The notes beneath the pieces were generated by a model. It made no database searches. It saw nothing but the letters and a program-made list of their open reading frames with translations, and was not told where the DNA came from. A program made the translations under genes and the position numbers. From Flavobacteriales bacterium (GTDB lineage Bacteria > Bacteroidota > Bacteroidia > Flavobacteriales > Flavobacteriaceae), in contig JAFLBS010000007.1 in NCBI GenBank assembly GCA_017303755.1, positions 92,470 to 156,469 of the forward strand: a stretch of 64,000 bases of DNA, written 5' to 3'. Shown here one piece after another: positions 25,990 through 35,365 of this stretch; position 1 is the first letter of the stretch, and the number at the start of each line of letters is the position of its first letter.

Positions 25990-26816
25990 AATAATGCCTG
26001 CTCTATTAGTTCTGTAATGTCATTTGTTTGGACGCCATCAGGCAATACTAAATATCCAAATTCTTCTGGTCCCTCAATCTGATATTTTTCTTTGTTCTCC
26101 GGTGTAGTCAGAGAAAACCCTTGAGCAGAAAGACCAACTAAGTTCAGATAATTTTCATCCCAGTTAGACTCCAAGAAGTTTAATAAAAGTGGTAATTTAG
26201 ATTGCAATACATTATAAGGCTTTTCTTCTGTATTCATTTCATCCCAGCAGGTTAAGACAATGGTCAACTTCGGCTTATCATTTACCTTATGGTAGTCTGT
26301 TCCTTTAGCATGTAAAAGGATTTGTAATAATTCGATAAAAAAGCTTTGATCCGATATTTTATACTCGGTTTCAGAAACCGGCTCTTTCGCATTTTTATGA
26401 TGTTGTTCAGAATAGGTAACATCACTGATATCTAAAGGCTTGTTTACATTATTTAACCTGATAAATAAAATCCAGCTGTTACTTTCCTGTATGGAAGCTG
26501 TCCATTCTTTATTTAACTCCCGATTTTCAACAATACTTAAAACCTGTTCTCCTCCATATTCGGGACATTTTAAATCAACCTGCTTTTCAGCTACCTGAAT
26601 AGGTAAGTAAAACTTCACACTTTTTTCAGATGGAGTTGTCTGTGGTTCTTCTCCTGATGCTAATGCTTCTCTTGCCCCGGAAATAGGAGATAGATCATCC
26701 ACTGATTTATAAAGCTTCAGCTTACTCTTATTTTTCTGCAATTTTGAGTAAAATTGTGAAAGGAATACTGTCTTGGATGAATGTGGTTTTCCGATAAGTA
26801 ATATAGATGTACCCAT
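25986..26816 (-). CDS. TRAFAC-clade GTPase domain protein, degenerate motifs
   Basis: G1 GKPHSSKT, G3 EYGGE, G4 TCWDE. Confidence 0.8.
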   Translation of the reverse strand: MGTSILLIGKPHSSKTVFLSQFYSKLQKNKSKLKLYKSVDDLSPISGAREALASGEEPQTTPSEKSVKFYLPIQVAEKQVDLKCPEYGGEQVLSIVENRELNKEWTASIQESNSWILFIRLNNVNKPLDISDVTYSEQHHKNAKEPVSETEYKISDQSFFIELLQILLHAKGTDYHKVNDKPKLTIVLTCWDEMNTEEKPYNVLQSKLPLLLNFLESNWDENYLNLVGLSAQGFSLTTPENKEKYQIEGPEEFGYLVLPDGVQTNDITELIEQALL

Positions 26817-27776
26817 TTATGTGCTTTTATAATTTAAGAAAATGTCATTTACCGTGCTATCATTTTCAATTAGAATTTCAGACTTGCTTACAGTAAACAC
26901 TCTGGAAAGTAGCCAGTCCAGTACAGCAATGTTGTTCTTATGAACTAATACATCAGGATCATCTGAAGAAAAATTACTGATATCTATCTCTTTATAGTTC
27001 TCAAAAAGTTCTTTCAACTCTCCTTGTAGCTTTTCTCGAATTACTGCATGCACTTCTTCTTTTTTATCACTTTTTGACCAAACAGCAATAACGGGTCTGT
27101 TTCTTATATCGTGCCTTAACATTTGTGCCATATCCACGATGTCAGTCTTTGCCAGAGCCTTTCTATTAATCAAATCATCACAATCAATAAAGAGTATAAA
27201 AGCATTTGAATGTTCATAAATCCATCTGGCATTCTCCGCGTTTTCATCATTACGATTTTTTGACCAAATAGAAAAAACCTCACCAGATGCATCAGATATT
27301 AAAATGTCTTTTAATTTTTTTTTCTGATTTCGTAATGCCAAATGCAATAAGCGGATGTATTGAGCGGGAGTAGGATCAGGAAATGTGACACCTTCTTGTT
27401 GAACCCTCAATTTTTGATATAATTCATCCCAAGCATTTATTGTTTGCGTACCGCAAAAGTCAAATTCTTTAAGTTTTATACCTCTAAGAAGTAATGTAAA
27501 AAGCATGGCGAGATATGTTGTTTTCCCTGCATCAGCTTTTCCTATTACACCGATGATTAGAGGGGTATTTCTATAGGTTATTTTGGGCAATTCATCTATA
27601 GTCAAAGCGTCCCCTGTCCATGGCAAATCGGATTTTTTCTCTTTTTTTGGAGCACTTTTGGTTTTGGATTGCGGTGCATTTGACTTCATCCAAAACTCAC
27701 ATTCCGTAGGCTTTTCTTTTCCTTCATGGCAACTGATTGGTGCAGCACAGTCAGGATTTGAACACTTTCCTGTCAT
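26817..27776 (-). CDS. TRAFAC-clade GTPase with a Cys-rich N-terminus
   Basis: G1 GKADAGKT, G2 PDPT, G3 DASGE, G4 SKSD. N-terminal C-x4-C-x5-CH-x8-C. Confidence 0.85.
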   Translation of the reverse strand: MTGKCSNPDCAAPISCHEGKEKPTECEFWMKSNAPQSKTKSAPKKEKKSDLPWTGDALTIDELPKITYRNTPLIIGVIGKADAGKTTYLAMLFTLLLRGIKLKEFDFCGTQTINAWDELYQKLRVQQEGVTFPDPTPAQYIRLLHLALRNQKKKLKDILISDASGEVFSIWSKNRNDENAENARWIYEHSNAFILFIDCDDLINRKALAKTDIVDMAQMLRHDIRNRPVIAVWSKSDKKEEVHAVIREKLQGELKELFENYKEIDISNFSSDDPDVLVHKNNIAVLDWLLSRVFTVSKSEILIENDSTVNDIFLNYKST

Positions 27777-27777
27777 A

Positions 27778-29025
27778 CTACTTTGTATTTAGAATTTTTA
27801 CTAATTGAAAGTCATGAAATAACCAAGTGGTCAACTCATTTGGAGCTAGTTTTATATTTAATCGTATCCCTACAAACTCTTCAAATTGAGCTAACTGATT
27901 TTTATTCCATATGAGCCCATTGATGAAGTTTAGCAATGTTGACTTTCCTGTCAATGCTTCAGTCTCGGGAAATATGGGTTTCAATTCCTCTGTATGCTCT
28001 TGAATAGATTTGAGAAAGTCTTCAAGGGTTAGTTCTTCCTTCGTACTTTCTTTTAATCCTTTATAAGTTTCTTTCAGAAAATAATCAACGCTTTTTGGGT
28101 AGATCACTGGGATAAAGATTGAATAATCATAAGCCAAGACTATTCCCAAAATACTTTTATCCAGTTCATCATAACTTCTATCTGTAGAGGCTGAATACCC
28201 AGCTTCTTTCCACCACAACAGTTCTGATCTTAGCTGTAATGATTTATTTCTATTCGAAACTTCCTTTTGTACTTGTTCTAATGCTTTATTTAAACTGTTT
28301 TGAATTGTGTTTTTATTCTCATTTACAACAGAAGCAATAGCTCTTAAGGAAGGATCTATTGCGCTTTTTATTCCTTGTGCAGCTTTGGGAGCAAATTGAT
28401 ATGACCAGTGTTGCCCTTGATTAGGCCAATATTGGTTAGGAGAATCGAAATTCGCAGTTCCCTGTGCATTGTGTTGTCCTGACGCATCTTCCAAGTGTTT
28501 TTGAAGCGTCTCTTTATTAATTAGGTAGGCTGAGATTTCCTTAAGTTCAAAACTAATTTTTGATAAGGAGTCACTGCCTGACAATACCCATTCTCTGTTA
28601 GCTTTTTGATTGATATCATTGCCCAACCTGGAAATAAACTCTAATATAATTTCTTTTTCTTTCCCAATCAGCTTATGATATTGAACAATGTTTCTGCTGG
28701 CAAACCAAATAAATAGGGAATGATTAACATCTTCGCTTATGCAGCTTAAAGCCTCCAACATAACCGCCCTAATATAGGTTAGAGGGGTGTCTTTTGCATT
28801 GGTAGCAAATGTGCTCCAATTCTTTATTATGACATCTTTGACTTCTACTATGTCAGCATTGTCAATAGAAGTATCAGTGTCAATTGCCGATAGTGTATAT
28901 GACACTATTTTAGCTTTACTTTTTGCCAATTTTTTAGAGATATCGTCGGCAGACTTTTTTAATTTTTTGAAATCGCCATCATCTGTTAGTGAGAGAAGAT
29001 TAGCGTTTAAGTAATTTTGTAGCAT
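27778..29025 (-). CDS. All-helical protein, GASH-like (GTPase-associated system)
   Basis: 415 aa, helical, ELLWWKEAGYS motif, immediately upstream of the GTPase pair. Confidence 0.7.
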   Translation of the reverse strand: MLQNYLNANLLSLTDDGDFKKLKKSADDISKKLAKSKAKIVSYTLSAIDTDTSIDNADIVEVKDVIIKNWSTFATNAKDTPLTYIRAVMLEALSCISEDVNHSLFIWFASRNIVQYHKLIGKEKEIILEFISRLGNDINQKANREWVLSGSDSLSKISFELKEISAYLINKETLQKHLEDASGQHNAQGTANFDSPNQYWPNQGQHWSYQFAPKAAQGIKSAIDPSLRAIASVVNENKNTIQNSLNKALEQVQKEVSNRNKSLQLRSELLWWKEAGYSASTDRSYDELDKSILGIVLAYDYSIFIPVIYPKSVDYFLKETYKGLKESTKEELTLEDFLKSIQEHTEELKPIFPETEALTGKSTLLNFINGLIWNKNQLAQFEEFVGIRLNIKLAPNELTTWLFHDFQLVKILNTK

Positions 29026-29034
29026 ATTTCTTTT

Positions 29035-31404
29035 TTAGTTTAATTGGTTATCTAAATTATTATTACTCTCAATTCTAACTTCTTCTCTAAGCTTAATATT
29101 GGAATGCAAGAAGTTTCTTTCGGCTAAAAGTCTTGATACTTCATTATATACCTGCTTTTGACCTTTTGTATCTCTAATGGTTACGATAAGCGTAAAATCT
29201 TGATTTAATTCTTCACCATCTTGTATGGCTAATGTTTCTGCAAAATCTCTATAAGTTCCTTTGATTTTAGCATACCATTTTCTGTTTCCTGCCAAACTAT
29301 CACGTTGTCTAGCATCTTTCATTTCGCTTAGATTAACCGAATATTTTTTTACTGGTTGGTATTTTTTACCATAATTGAGCAGCACTCTTTCACGAGCATA
29401 TTCGCTTTCGGTATCTTTGATATGTGCACTTTTGTAATTTGAATCAAGTAGAACATTTTGAGTGTCGTCTGGACCAATTTCATTGAGAATATTAGCTTTG
29501 GTTGTGTCTCGTTCTTTTATATTTTCATAAGTACCAAACATTAACTCTAAATTTGATTGACAATATTCTGCACCTTGCTTTTCTCTCAATACTGGTTGGC
29601 CGACTAACGTTATTTTAATTTCTCCATAGAAAAAGCCATCATCATCAATTAAACTTTCGGGAAAAGGAAATTCTAATATTTCAATAAATTCTCCACGAGT
29701 AATATTCTCTTGCAATATCAATGTAATTTCATGAGGATCATTGTAAATAATTTCATCAGCTGAATCAGGAATACCAAATCCCATTTGATTTACTCTTTCA
29801 CTTATAGGAAGACTTATTCCTGTTGGATATTTTGCAGAATGAATGGCTAAAGCTTTTAAAAGAGTAGGATTAAAAGTTTCATTAATTTTAAAATTTAATT
29901 CCGACAATAATGAAGTTACTCTTGGTGTAGCAAAACTAGTCCCAATAATTTTTACTGAATTTCCATTGTGAGCAATAGCGTTTACACCATTTTCAATTCT
30001 TCTTCCATCTTTAATACCTGCATTTCCACCAAATGATACTATATCTGGTTTGATGCTATTAGCTGGACCTGGACCAATTCTAGTAAATGGTGATGGATGA
30101 TTTATATCCGCAATATCATGAGTGTTTTTTGAATGAGCGACTGAGCCAACCACTAATGAGCGAACTGAATCGCCCGACCTTGCTACTCTGCTTTTGGGAT
30201 ATCCTTTTTCAAAGTTTCTGCAATTACCAGCCGATTTGCAAATAATTACATCATTAGTAATCTGAATATCGTCTAATGCCTTACCAAAATCTGAAAAATC
30301 ATTAATGTCTGATTCAGCAGCAGTACCTAATGACAAATTCCAAATTTTGATATGATTATTCTCCTTTATGGCTTCTCTAATATTTTCTACTAATTCATCT
30401 TCATCTATTGATTCTTGTTTTTGATCTGGGAATACTGTGGCATCAAAAATTTTGCACCCTGAATTTCCTGTCCAATTTTCACCTTGTAATTGATCTCCAT
30501 AAAGAATTATACTCGATACGCAAGAACCGTGCATTGGGTCAATTAACTCGTCCGGATATGAGGAAAATTTATCATCCAATAGCCAAGGTGCTAAATATGG
30601 ATTTTTAGATACTCCTGTATCTAAAACCCCAATAGTTGGATATTCGACGCCTGCAGTAGGTGTTTTTATATCAACAGTATTCTCAGATTCCATACTATCT
30701 GTTTCTACTTGATATTTTGGCATAAAAGTTATAGACTCTAATGCTTCAAAGTCAGAAATACTATCTAAAACTGCTTGCGAGGCATTTTTTATTTTAAATA
30801 TTATTAGTCCTGGAGAATAATTTACTTCTTTTACTTCTATGCCAAATTCATTGCAATATTTGATAAAAGCAATTTTGACAGCATTATTAACTTCGTAATT
30901 CAGAAAGTCAATTAATGAGATTTTGACTGTTTGGTTTTCTTCAATATCTACAATAAATGGTTTGAATACTTCTATTGATTCGATAGCAGAAATACCACGT
31001 GGATTTTTAAGATAATTGGATATATTGTTTTTTATTTGTAAACCTTCTTCAATACTGTCAACCTTAACAATTGCGCTATTTGAATCAAGAAAACCAATAA
31101 TATTGTTTTTGGTTACTTTACCATTGAAGATTTTCTGAATGTCTTTTCTATGTGATTTAGCAATTGCATTGTCATCAATATCAATTTTAAGTGTAGCGGG
31201 AATAAAACTTCTTGAAGTATTACGTTTTTGAAATACCTCAATTAATTCATTAATAGGTTCCATGAAGCTTTCAGCTCTTTCTGCAAGTAATTGTCCAGAC
31301 AACTCCCATTTAGGTATATTATCATTACCACCACCTTCAACTCTACGGTCGTCTATTTTTTGCCTTTTTTGAAAAAGCTTAATTGGTAAATTCTTCTTTG
31401 CCAT
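29035..31404 (-). CDS. ietS: S8 subtilisin-like protease, IetS-like
   Basis: VLDTG, HGSCVSS, GTSFATP triad. No signal peptide. Coupled to an AAA ATPase. Confidence 0.85.
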   Translation of the reverse strand: MAKKNLPIKLFQKRQKIDDRRVEGGGNDNIPKWELSGQLLAERAESFMEPINELIEVFQKRNTSRSFIPATLKIDIDDNAIAKSHRKDIQKIFNGKVTKNNIIGFLDSNSAIVKVDSIEEGLQIKNNISNYLKNPRGISAIESIEVFKPFIVDIEENQTVKISLIDFLNYEVNNAVKIAFIKYCNEFGIEVKEVNYSPGLIIFKIKNASQAVLDSISDFEALESITFMPKYQVETDSMESENTVDIKTPTAGVEYPTIGVLDTGVSKNPYLAPWLLDDKFSSYPDELIDPMHGSCVSSIILYGDQLQGENWTGNSGCKIFDATVFPDQKQESIDEDELVENIREAIKENNHIKIWNLSLGTAAESDINDFSDFGKALDDIQITNDVIICKSAGNCRNFEKGYPKSRVARSGDSVRSLVVGSVAHSKNTHDIADINHPSPFTRIGPGPANSIKPDIVSFGGNAGIKDGRRIENGVNAIAHNGNSVKIIGTSFATPRVTSLLSELNFKINETFNPTLLKALAIHSAKYPTGISLPISERVNQMGFGIPDSADEIIYNDPHEITLILQENITRGEFIEILEFPFPESLIDDDGFFYGEIKITLVGQPVLREKQGAEYCQSNLELMFGTYENIKERDTTKANILNEIGPDDTQNVLLDSNYKSAHIKDTESEYARERVLLNYGKKYQPVKKYSVNLSEMKDARQRDSLAGNRKWYAKIKGTYRDFAETLAIQDGEELNQDFTLIVTIRDTKGQKQVYNEVSRLLAERNFLHSNIKLREEVRIESNNNLDNQLN

Positions 31405-31405
31405 C

Positions 31406-32494
31406 TTATTCTACATTTAAAGCGTTCCTAACTTGTCTAATTGAAATATCTAAATAACTTGCTATTTGTTTCTGTGGTATATGACTTTCGTTTAAAAACT
31501 TAATCATTTCCTCTGGAAGAAATCTGTTGTTGTTTTTGTATTTAAAATATTCAGAAAAGATATCTTCATATTCAAAAACTGATTTTTTTATGATTGAATT
31601 ATAATATGCACTATTAATGATTTTAATAATCTCAGAATGTGATAAATTGCTCATATAAGTTTTAACCATTTCAAATTTTTTATCATCTGTCGCTAAATCA
31701 GAACCAATTTTATCAAAATAGTTCTCTACAAGATTTTTTATTTCATCAGAATTTGGTTTGTTTACATTTACGACTTTTTCAAATCTTCTCCAAATTGCAC
31801 TATCTAGCAATTGTTCGTGATTAGTTGCCGCAATCAATATCCCTGTTTCTAGAAATTCATCTATATTTTGTAAAAGACTATTAATTACCCTTTTTAATTC
31901 TCCGGTTTCTTGATTATCGTCTCTCGCTTTTGCTATAGCATCAAACTCATCTAAGAACAAAATGCAAGGCTTACTTTTTGCGTAATCGAATAATTTCCTA
32001 ATATTCTTTGCTGTACTACCTAATAGGGAAGAAATTAAAGAATCAAAACGCGCTACTACAATTGGAATATCTAGCTCTTTAGCAATATGTTTGGCTAATG
32101 TTGTCTTTCCACAACCTGGAGGGCCATAAAGTAAAAGAGAAAGATTAATGTCTAAACCTTTACTTTTAATTTCATTTTTAGAATTTACTAATGAAATAAA
32201 ATTATTTATTGGCTCAACAATACCCTCTGAAACTATTATATCAAACTTTATGTCTTGAGGCAATATAATATCAGCAATATTTAGCCTTGTGTCATTATCT
32301 ACAGGCGCATCAAATAATTGATCTTTAAAAACAGGCATGCCTTTAGCTCCTTGGATTGTTTTCAAAATTTTGTCAGCTAATTTACTATCACCATCATCTC
32401 TTAATTTTTTTGCTAAATGATTGGAGTAATTAATTACCTTTTTATGATCATTATTCAATCCACCTTCAATTATTTTTATTAGTTCTGTATACAT
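31406..32494 (-). CDS. ietA: AAA+ ATPase, IetA-like
   Basis: GPPGCGKT, LFLDEFD, ATNH, AIWRRF. Directly upstream of the S8 protease. Confidence 0.88.
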   Translation of the reverse strand: MYTELIKIIEGGLNNDHKKVINYSNHLAKKLRDDGDSKLADKILKTIQGAKGMPVFKDQLFDAPVDNDTRLNIADIILPQDIKFDIIVSEGIVEPINNFISLVNSKNEIKSKGLDINLSLLLYGPPGCGKTTLAKHIAKELDIPIVVARFDSLISSLLGSTAKNIRKLFDYAKSKPCILFLDEFDAIAKARDDNQETGELKRVINSLLQNIDEFLETGILIAATNHEQLLDSAIWRRFEKVVNVNKPNSDEIKNLVENYFDKIGSDLATDDKKFEMVKTYMSNLSHSEIIKIINSAYYNSIIKKSVFEYEDIFSEYFKYKNNNRFLPEEMIKFLNESHIPQKQIASYLDISIRQVRNALNVE

Positions 32495-32523
32495 TGACGT
32501 AAATTTATTTGGGTTTTGTGGTA

Positions 32524-32531
32524 CAAATATA
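32524..32531 (-). promoter_or_regulatory. -7 promoter box of the defence operon
   Basis: TATATTTG on the minus strand, ~30 nt upstream of ietA. No well-spaced -33 box. Confidence 0.5.
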
Positions 32532-32629
32532 ATTAAAAGTGTAATACAAAATAATAAAAACGTAATATTATTTTATTAAATCGTAATTTAATTATTTAAA
32601 AGCGTTGTTAAATAAGCGTTTAGCGTGAT

Positions 32630-33262
32630 TTATAAGTTCAAATTCACATTATCGATATAAAACTGTAATTCGTATAAATGAATAAGCTCTTCATGGTTAT
32701 TAGGCATTTGAGCTAGTTGTACGAAATTGATGTTTTGATATACTGATTTCTCACCCAATAAATCCTGTATTATGATGTAGATGGCTTGTTCCCACGTTTT
32801 GGTGTTGCAATAGAGTTTGAAGTTTTTTAGATACACCGTTATATCTAATTTTTTAGTTTGCTCGTCATAATTGAGCGGTAGGAATTTGATTTCACTGGTT
32901 TTGATTGTTATTTCTTGGAATACATAGGGTTCGTCTAATCCTTCTATGATTTTGTCAATGCTATCAGTTGGTTGGATGAAAGCTGTGAACTTCCAATGTC
33001 TTAAGGCAGGTGCTTTTTTGATTAATTCGGTTACTTGAGCAAAGTATTCCGGATTGCCATTGGCCGTAATGATTAATTCGGCTTTTTCCTTTTCTTTCTT
33101 GGGAAATATTATTAAAAAATCTAATTCCTTGCAGTAATAGCCCAAATGTCTGTTTAGCCAAAAGTAGAGGTGCTTTTGCGTTTTTGGTGTTTCGTTGATT
33201 AGGTTTTTGATGGTTTGGTTGTTGTCTTGGAACCAGTTCCAGAAGGTGTTTATTTTTCTCAT
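32630..33262 (-). CDS. Conserved hypothetical protein (210 aa)
   Basis: FWNWF...ELIITANGN...APALRHWKFTAF. Clean ORF, function unclear. Confidence 0.75.
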   Translation of the reverse strand: MRKINTFWNWFQDNNQTIKNLINETPKTQKHLYFWLNRHLGYYCKELDFLIIFPKKEKEKAELIITANGNPEYFAQVTELIKKAPALRHWKFTAFIQPTDSIDKIIEGLDEPYVFQEITIKTSEIKFLPLNYDEQTKKLDITVYLKNFKLYCNTKTWEQAIYIIIQDLLGEKSVYQNINFVQLAQMPNNHEELIHLYELQFYIDNVNLNL

Positions 33263-33288
33263 AGGATTATTTTCGAGTTATGAATTAT

Positions 33289-33313
33289 GGGTTCCAGCCT
33301 TCGCGGGAATGAC
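33289..33313. repeat. REP/RS3-like short palindrome
   Basis: GGGTTCCAGCCTTCGCGGGAATGAC, ending in GGAATGAC like the 4081 element. Confidence 0.45.
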
Positions 33314-33316
33314 AGT

Positions 33317-33928
33317 TTAGCGTTTATCTGGAGTTGCTTTATCGAATGCGATGAGGTTTAGCATGGCTCTAAATCTTGAGCGCACACGATTGCCATAAAT
33401 GGTTTCAATTTCGGAAGCGGAGAGATTGGTAGTTATGTGTGTTTTGATTTTTCTTGAAACAAACAAATCGTATCTTGACAATAAGATTTCTGCCATAACA
33501 TTACATTCGTTACCATAATATTTAAGATTGCTTTCTACTCCTAAATCATCAAAGCAGTAGTTTTTATATTCGGTTTGTGAGTAGCTGCCACGACTGTATC
33601 GGTGAATGATTTCATAGCCCTCTTTTATGAATTCAAAGCTGATGTCTCGGCACGTTTTTACATAGAATTTGTTTTCTTTTGGAACTACATATTTCATTAA
33701 ATTCATCAATGTTGTTTTACCGCATCCTACTGGTCCGGAAAGTAAAATGCCTTTGGTTACATCAATGTTGAATTGATTTGTCATGTGTTGATCATTGAGA
33801 AAATATGCTACAAGCTTTGTAATATTTTGAATGTCATTTTCTATAAAATGGAATTTATCTCCGTAGTCTATCTTGCCTTTATTTTCAAGCCATAACAGAA
33901 TTTCCGGATAGTTATATTGTTCATTCAT
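33317..33928 (-). CDS. DnaC/IstB-like P-loop ATPase (helicase-loader type)
   Basis: GPVGCGKT, CFDDLGVE, THITTNLS...YGNRVRSR. Follows the initiator gene. Confidence 0.85.
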   Translation of the reverse strand: MNEQYNYPEILLWLENKGKIDYGDKFHFIENDIQNITKLVAYFLNDQHMTNQFNIDVTKGILLSGPVGCGKTTLMNLMKYVVPKENKFYVKTCRDISFEFIKEGYEIIHRYSRGSYSQTEYKNYCFDDLGVESNLKYYGNECNVMAEILLSRYDLFVSRKIKTHITTNLSASEIETIYGNRVRSRFRAMLNLIAFDKATPDKR

Positions 33929-33950
33929 AGTGTGTTGTTCTTGATAGAAA

Positions 33951-33993
33951 GGTTCTCGATATAATTTTGCAAAGCAAAATCACTCGAACTGAC
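33951..33993. repeat. REP-like element
   Basis: GGTTCTCGAT...CACTCGAACTGAC with an internal TTTTGC/GCAAAA stem. Same ends as 34867-34954. Confidence 0.65.
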
Positions 33994-34001
33994 GTTATTA
34001 C

Positions 34002-34826
34002 TCATAGCGGTTCCGCATAATCTTTATCTTCAATGGTGTGCAGATTATTGGCTCTTGGTTGCTCTCTGACGGAATTAGTTTGTGGAAGATTGATTGTAAA
34101 CTTTGTAGTGTTTAACATCCAGTTTCTAGCTGAAGCTTGCCAATCTATCATTTTGGTTTTACCACCAATTAACCAACCATTACTGGTGTAGTAATTATAA
34201 AATCGCTCCGCTTCGAATTCTGAATATTCTTGTTGTTTGAAGTATTCTTTTATTTGTTCCAAACTAGGTTTCACTATTGAACTCGAAATGACAAACTTTT
34301 CTCTTTTTTTCGCGGAACTTTTTTTCTCTTTTTGAGCATCATCTAAAAAATCTTCTTGATTAAAAATTTCAAAATTGGTGTCCATAGATATGTTTTCATT
34401 GTTTTTAAATGTTTTTATAGTATTATATATATTGGGTTCATTAACTTGTTCAGCATCCTTACTATTGACTTGTTCATTTATTGGTATTGTTGGCTCAATG
34501 ATTGAACTGGTTGGCACTTTTTTGAAATAACTTCCTTCCGCTAGGTTGTGTATTATTACTTCGGTGCCGGAATATGGATTATAGGAAGGTAAATACTGAA
34601 TGAAACCCATTAATTCCAATTCTTTGATACACTTGTGATAGGTTGCTTTGGAAGCAATTCTGCTGGCTTTCATCATTTCATCACGAGAAATAGTAATTGG
34701 GTTTTTGAATCGATTTACATTCCAACTTTGAAATAGTGCCAAATACAAGCTTATATGAGTTGGGTAAATTATTTCTTCATTGGCTATTCTGATGAAGAAG
34801 CCTGTTAGGTGTTTGATGTAGTTCAT
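34002..34826 (-). CDS. Phage-type replication initiator (wHTH N-domain, conserved C-domain)
   Basis: N-terminal wHTH, low-complexity linker, C-terminal FYNYYTSNGW...DWQASARNW. Paired with the DnaC-like ATPase. Confidence 0.7.
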   Translation of the reverse strand: MNYIKHLTGFFIRIANEEIIYPTHISLYLALFQSWNVNRFKNPITISRDEMMKASRIASKATYHKCIKELELMGFIQYLPSYNPYSGTEVIIHNLAEGSYFKKVPTSSIIEPTIPINEQVNSKDAEQVNEPNIYNTIKTFKNNENISMDTNFEIFNQEDFLDDAQKEKKSSAKKREKFVISSSIVKPSLEQIKEYFKQQEYSEFEAERFYNYYTSNGWLIGGKTKMIDWQASARNWMLNTTKFTINLPQTNSVREQPRANNLHTIEDKDYAEPL

Positions 34827-34866
34827 GGAGAATGAGGAATTACGAATTAAAAATTACGAATTATGA

Positions 34867-34954
34867 GGTTCTCGATTAGCTGCGCTCAGTTCGGCTTTGC
34901 CTCGGTTCATTTTTCTAAAAAGCTGTCGCATTTTAGAAAAACACTCGAACTGAC
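34867..34954. repeat. Expanded REP-like element
   Basis: Same termini as 33951-33993, with a TTTTCTAAAA/TTTTAGAAAA stem. Confidence 0.6.
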
Positions 34955-34964
34955 GATTAGCTTA

Positions 34965-35252
34965 CTATTTGAAAAGAGTAGGTATAGCGTTTACCTTATT
35001 TCCATTTAAAAGTTTATCAATATCTGAATTATCATAATACATGATGCCGCCAACTTTGGTGTAGGTGAGTGTGCCGTTGATGCGGAGATTTTGTAATGTA
35101 CCCGGAGAGATGTTTAACAGTTTTCGGACTTCATTGGATTTGAGCCACTGTTTTGTTTGTTGTGGTTTGGATTGGATGATTTCTTTTAAATCATTCAAAA
35201 GAAGACTTCTGAATTCGTTTAAGTCTTCGCGAGTAATAACTTCGATAGCCAT
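34965..35252 (-). CDS. HTH_17 excisionase-like protein
   Basis: WLKSNEVRKLLNISPGTLQNLRINGTLTYTKVGGIMYY. Confidence 0.9.
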   Translation of the reverse strand: MAIEVITREDLNEFRSLLLNDLKEIIQSKPQQTKQWLKSNEVRKLLNISPGTLQNLRINGTLTYTKVGGIMYYDNSDIDKLLNGNKVNAIPTLFK

Positions 35253-35365
35253 AACGTATGTTTTAGATTGTTATGGTACAAAATTGTAGTATTTGAATAG
35301 TTTTAAATCACAAGTCAATCACAAGTTGTGATAGATTTTAATGTAAAGTATCGTATTTATTGACA

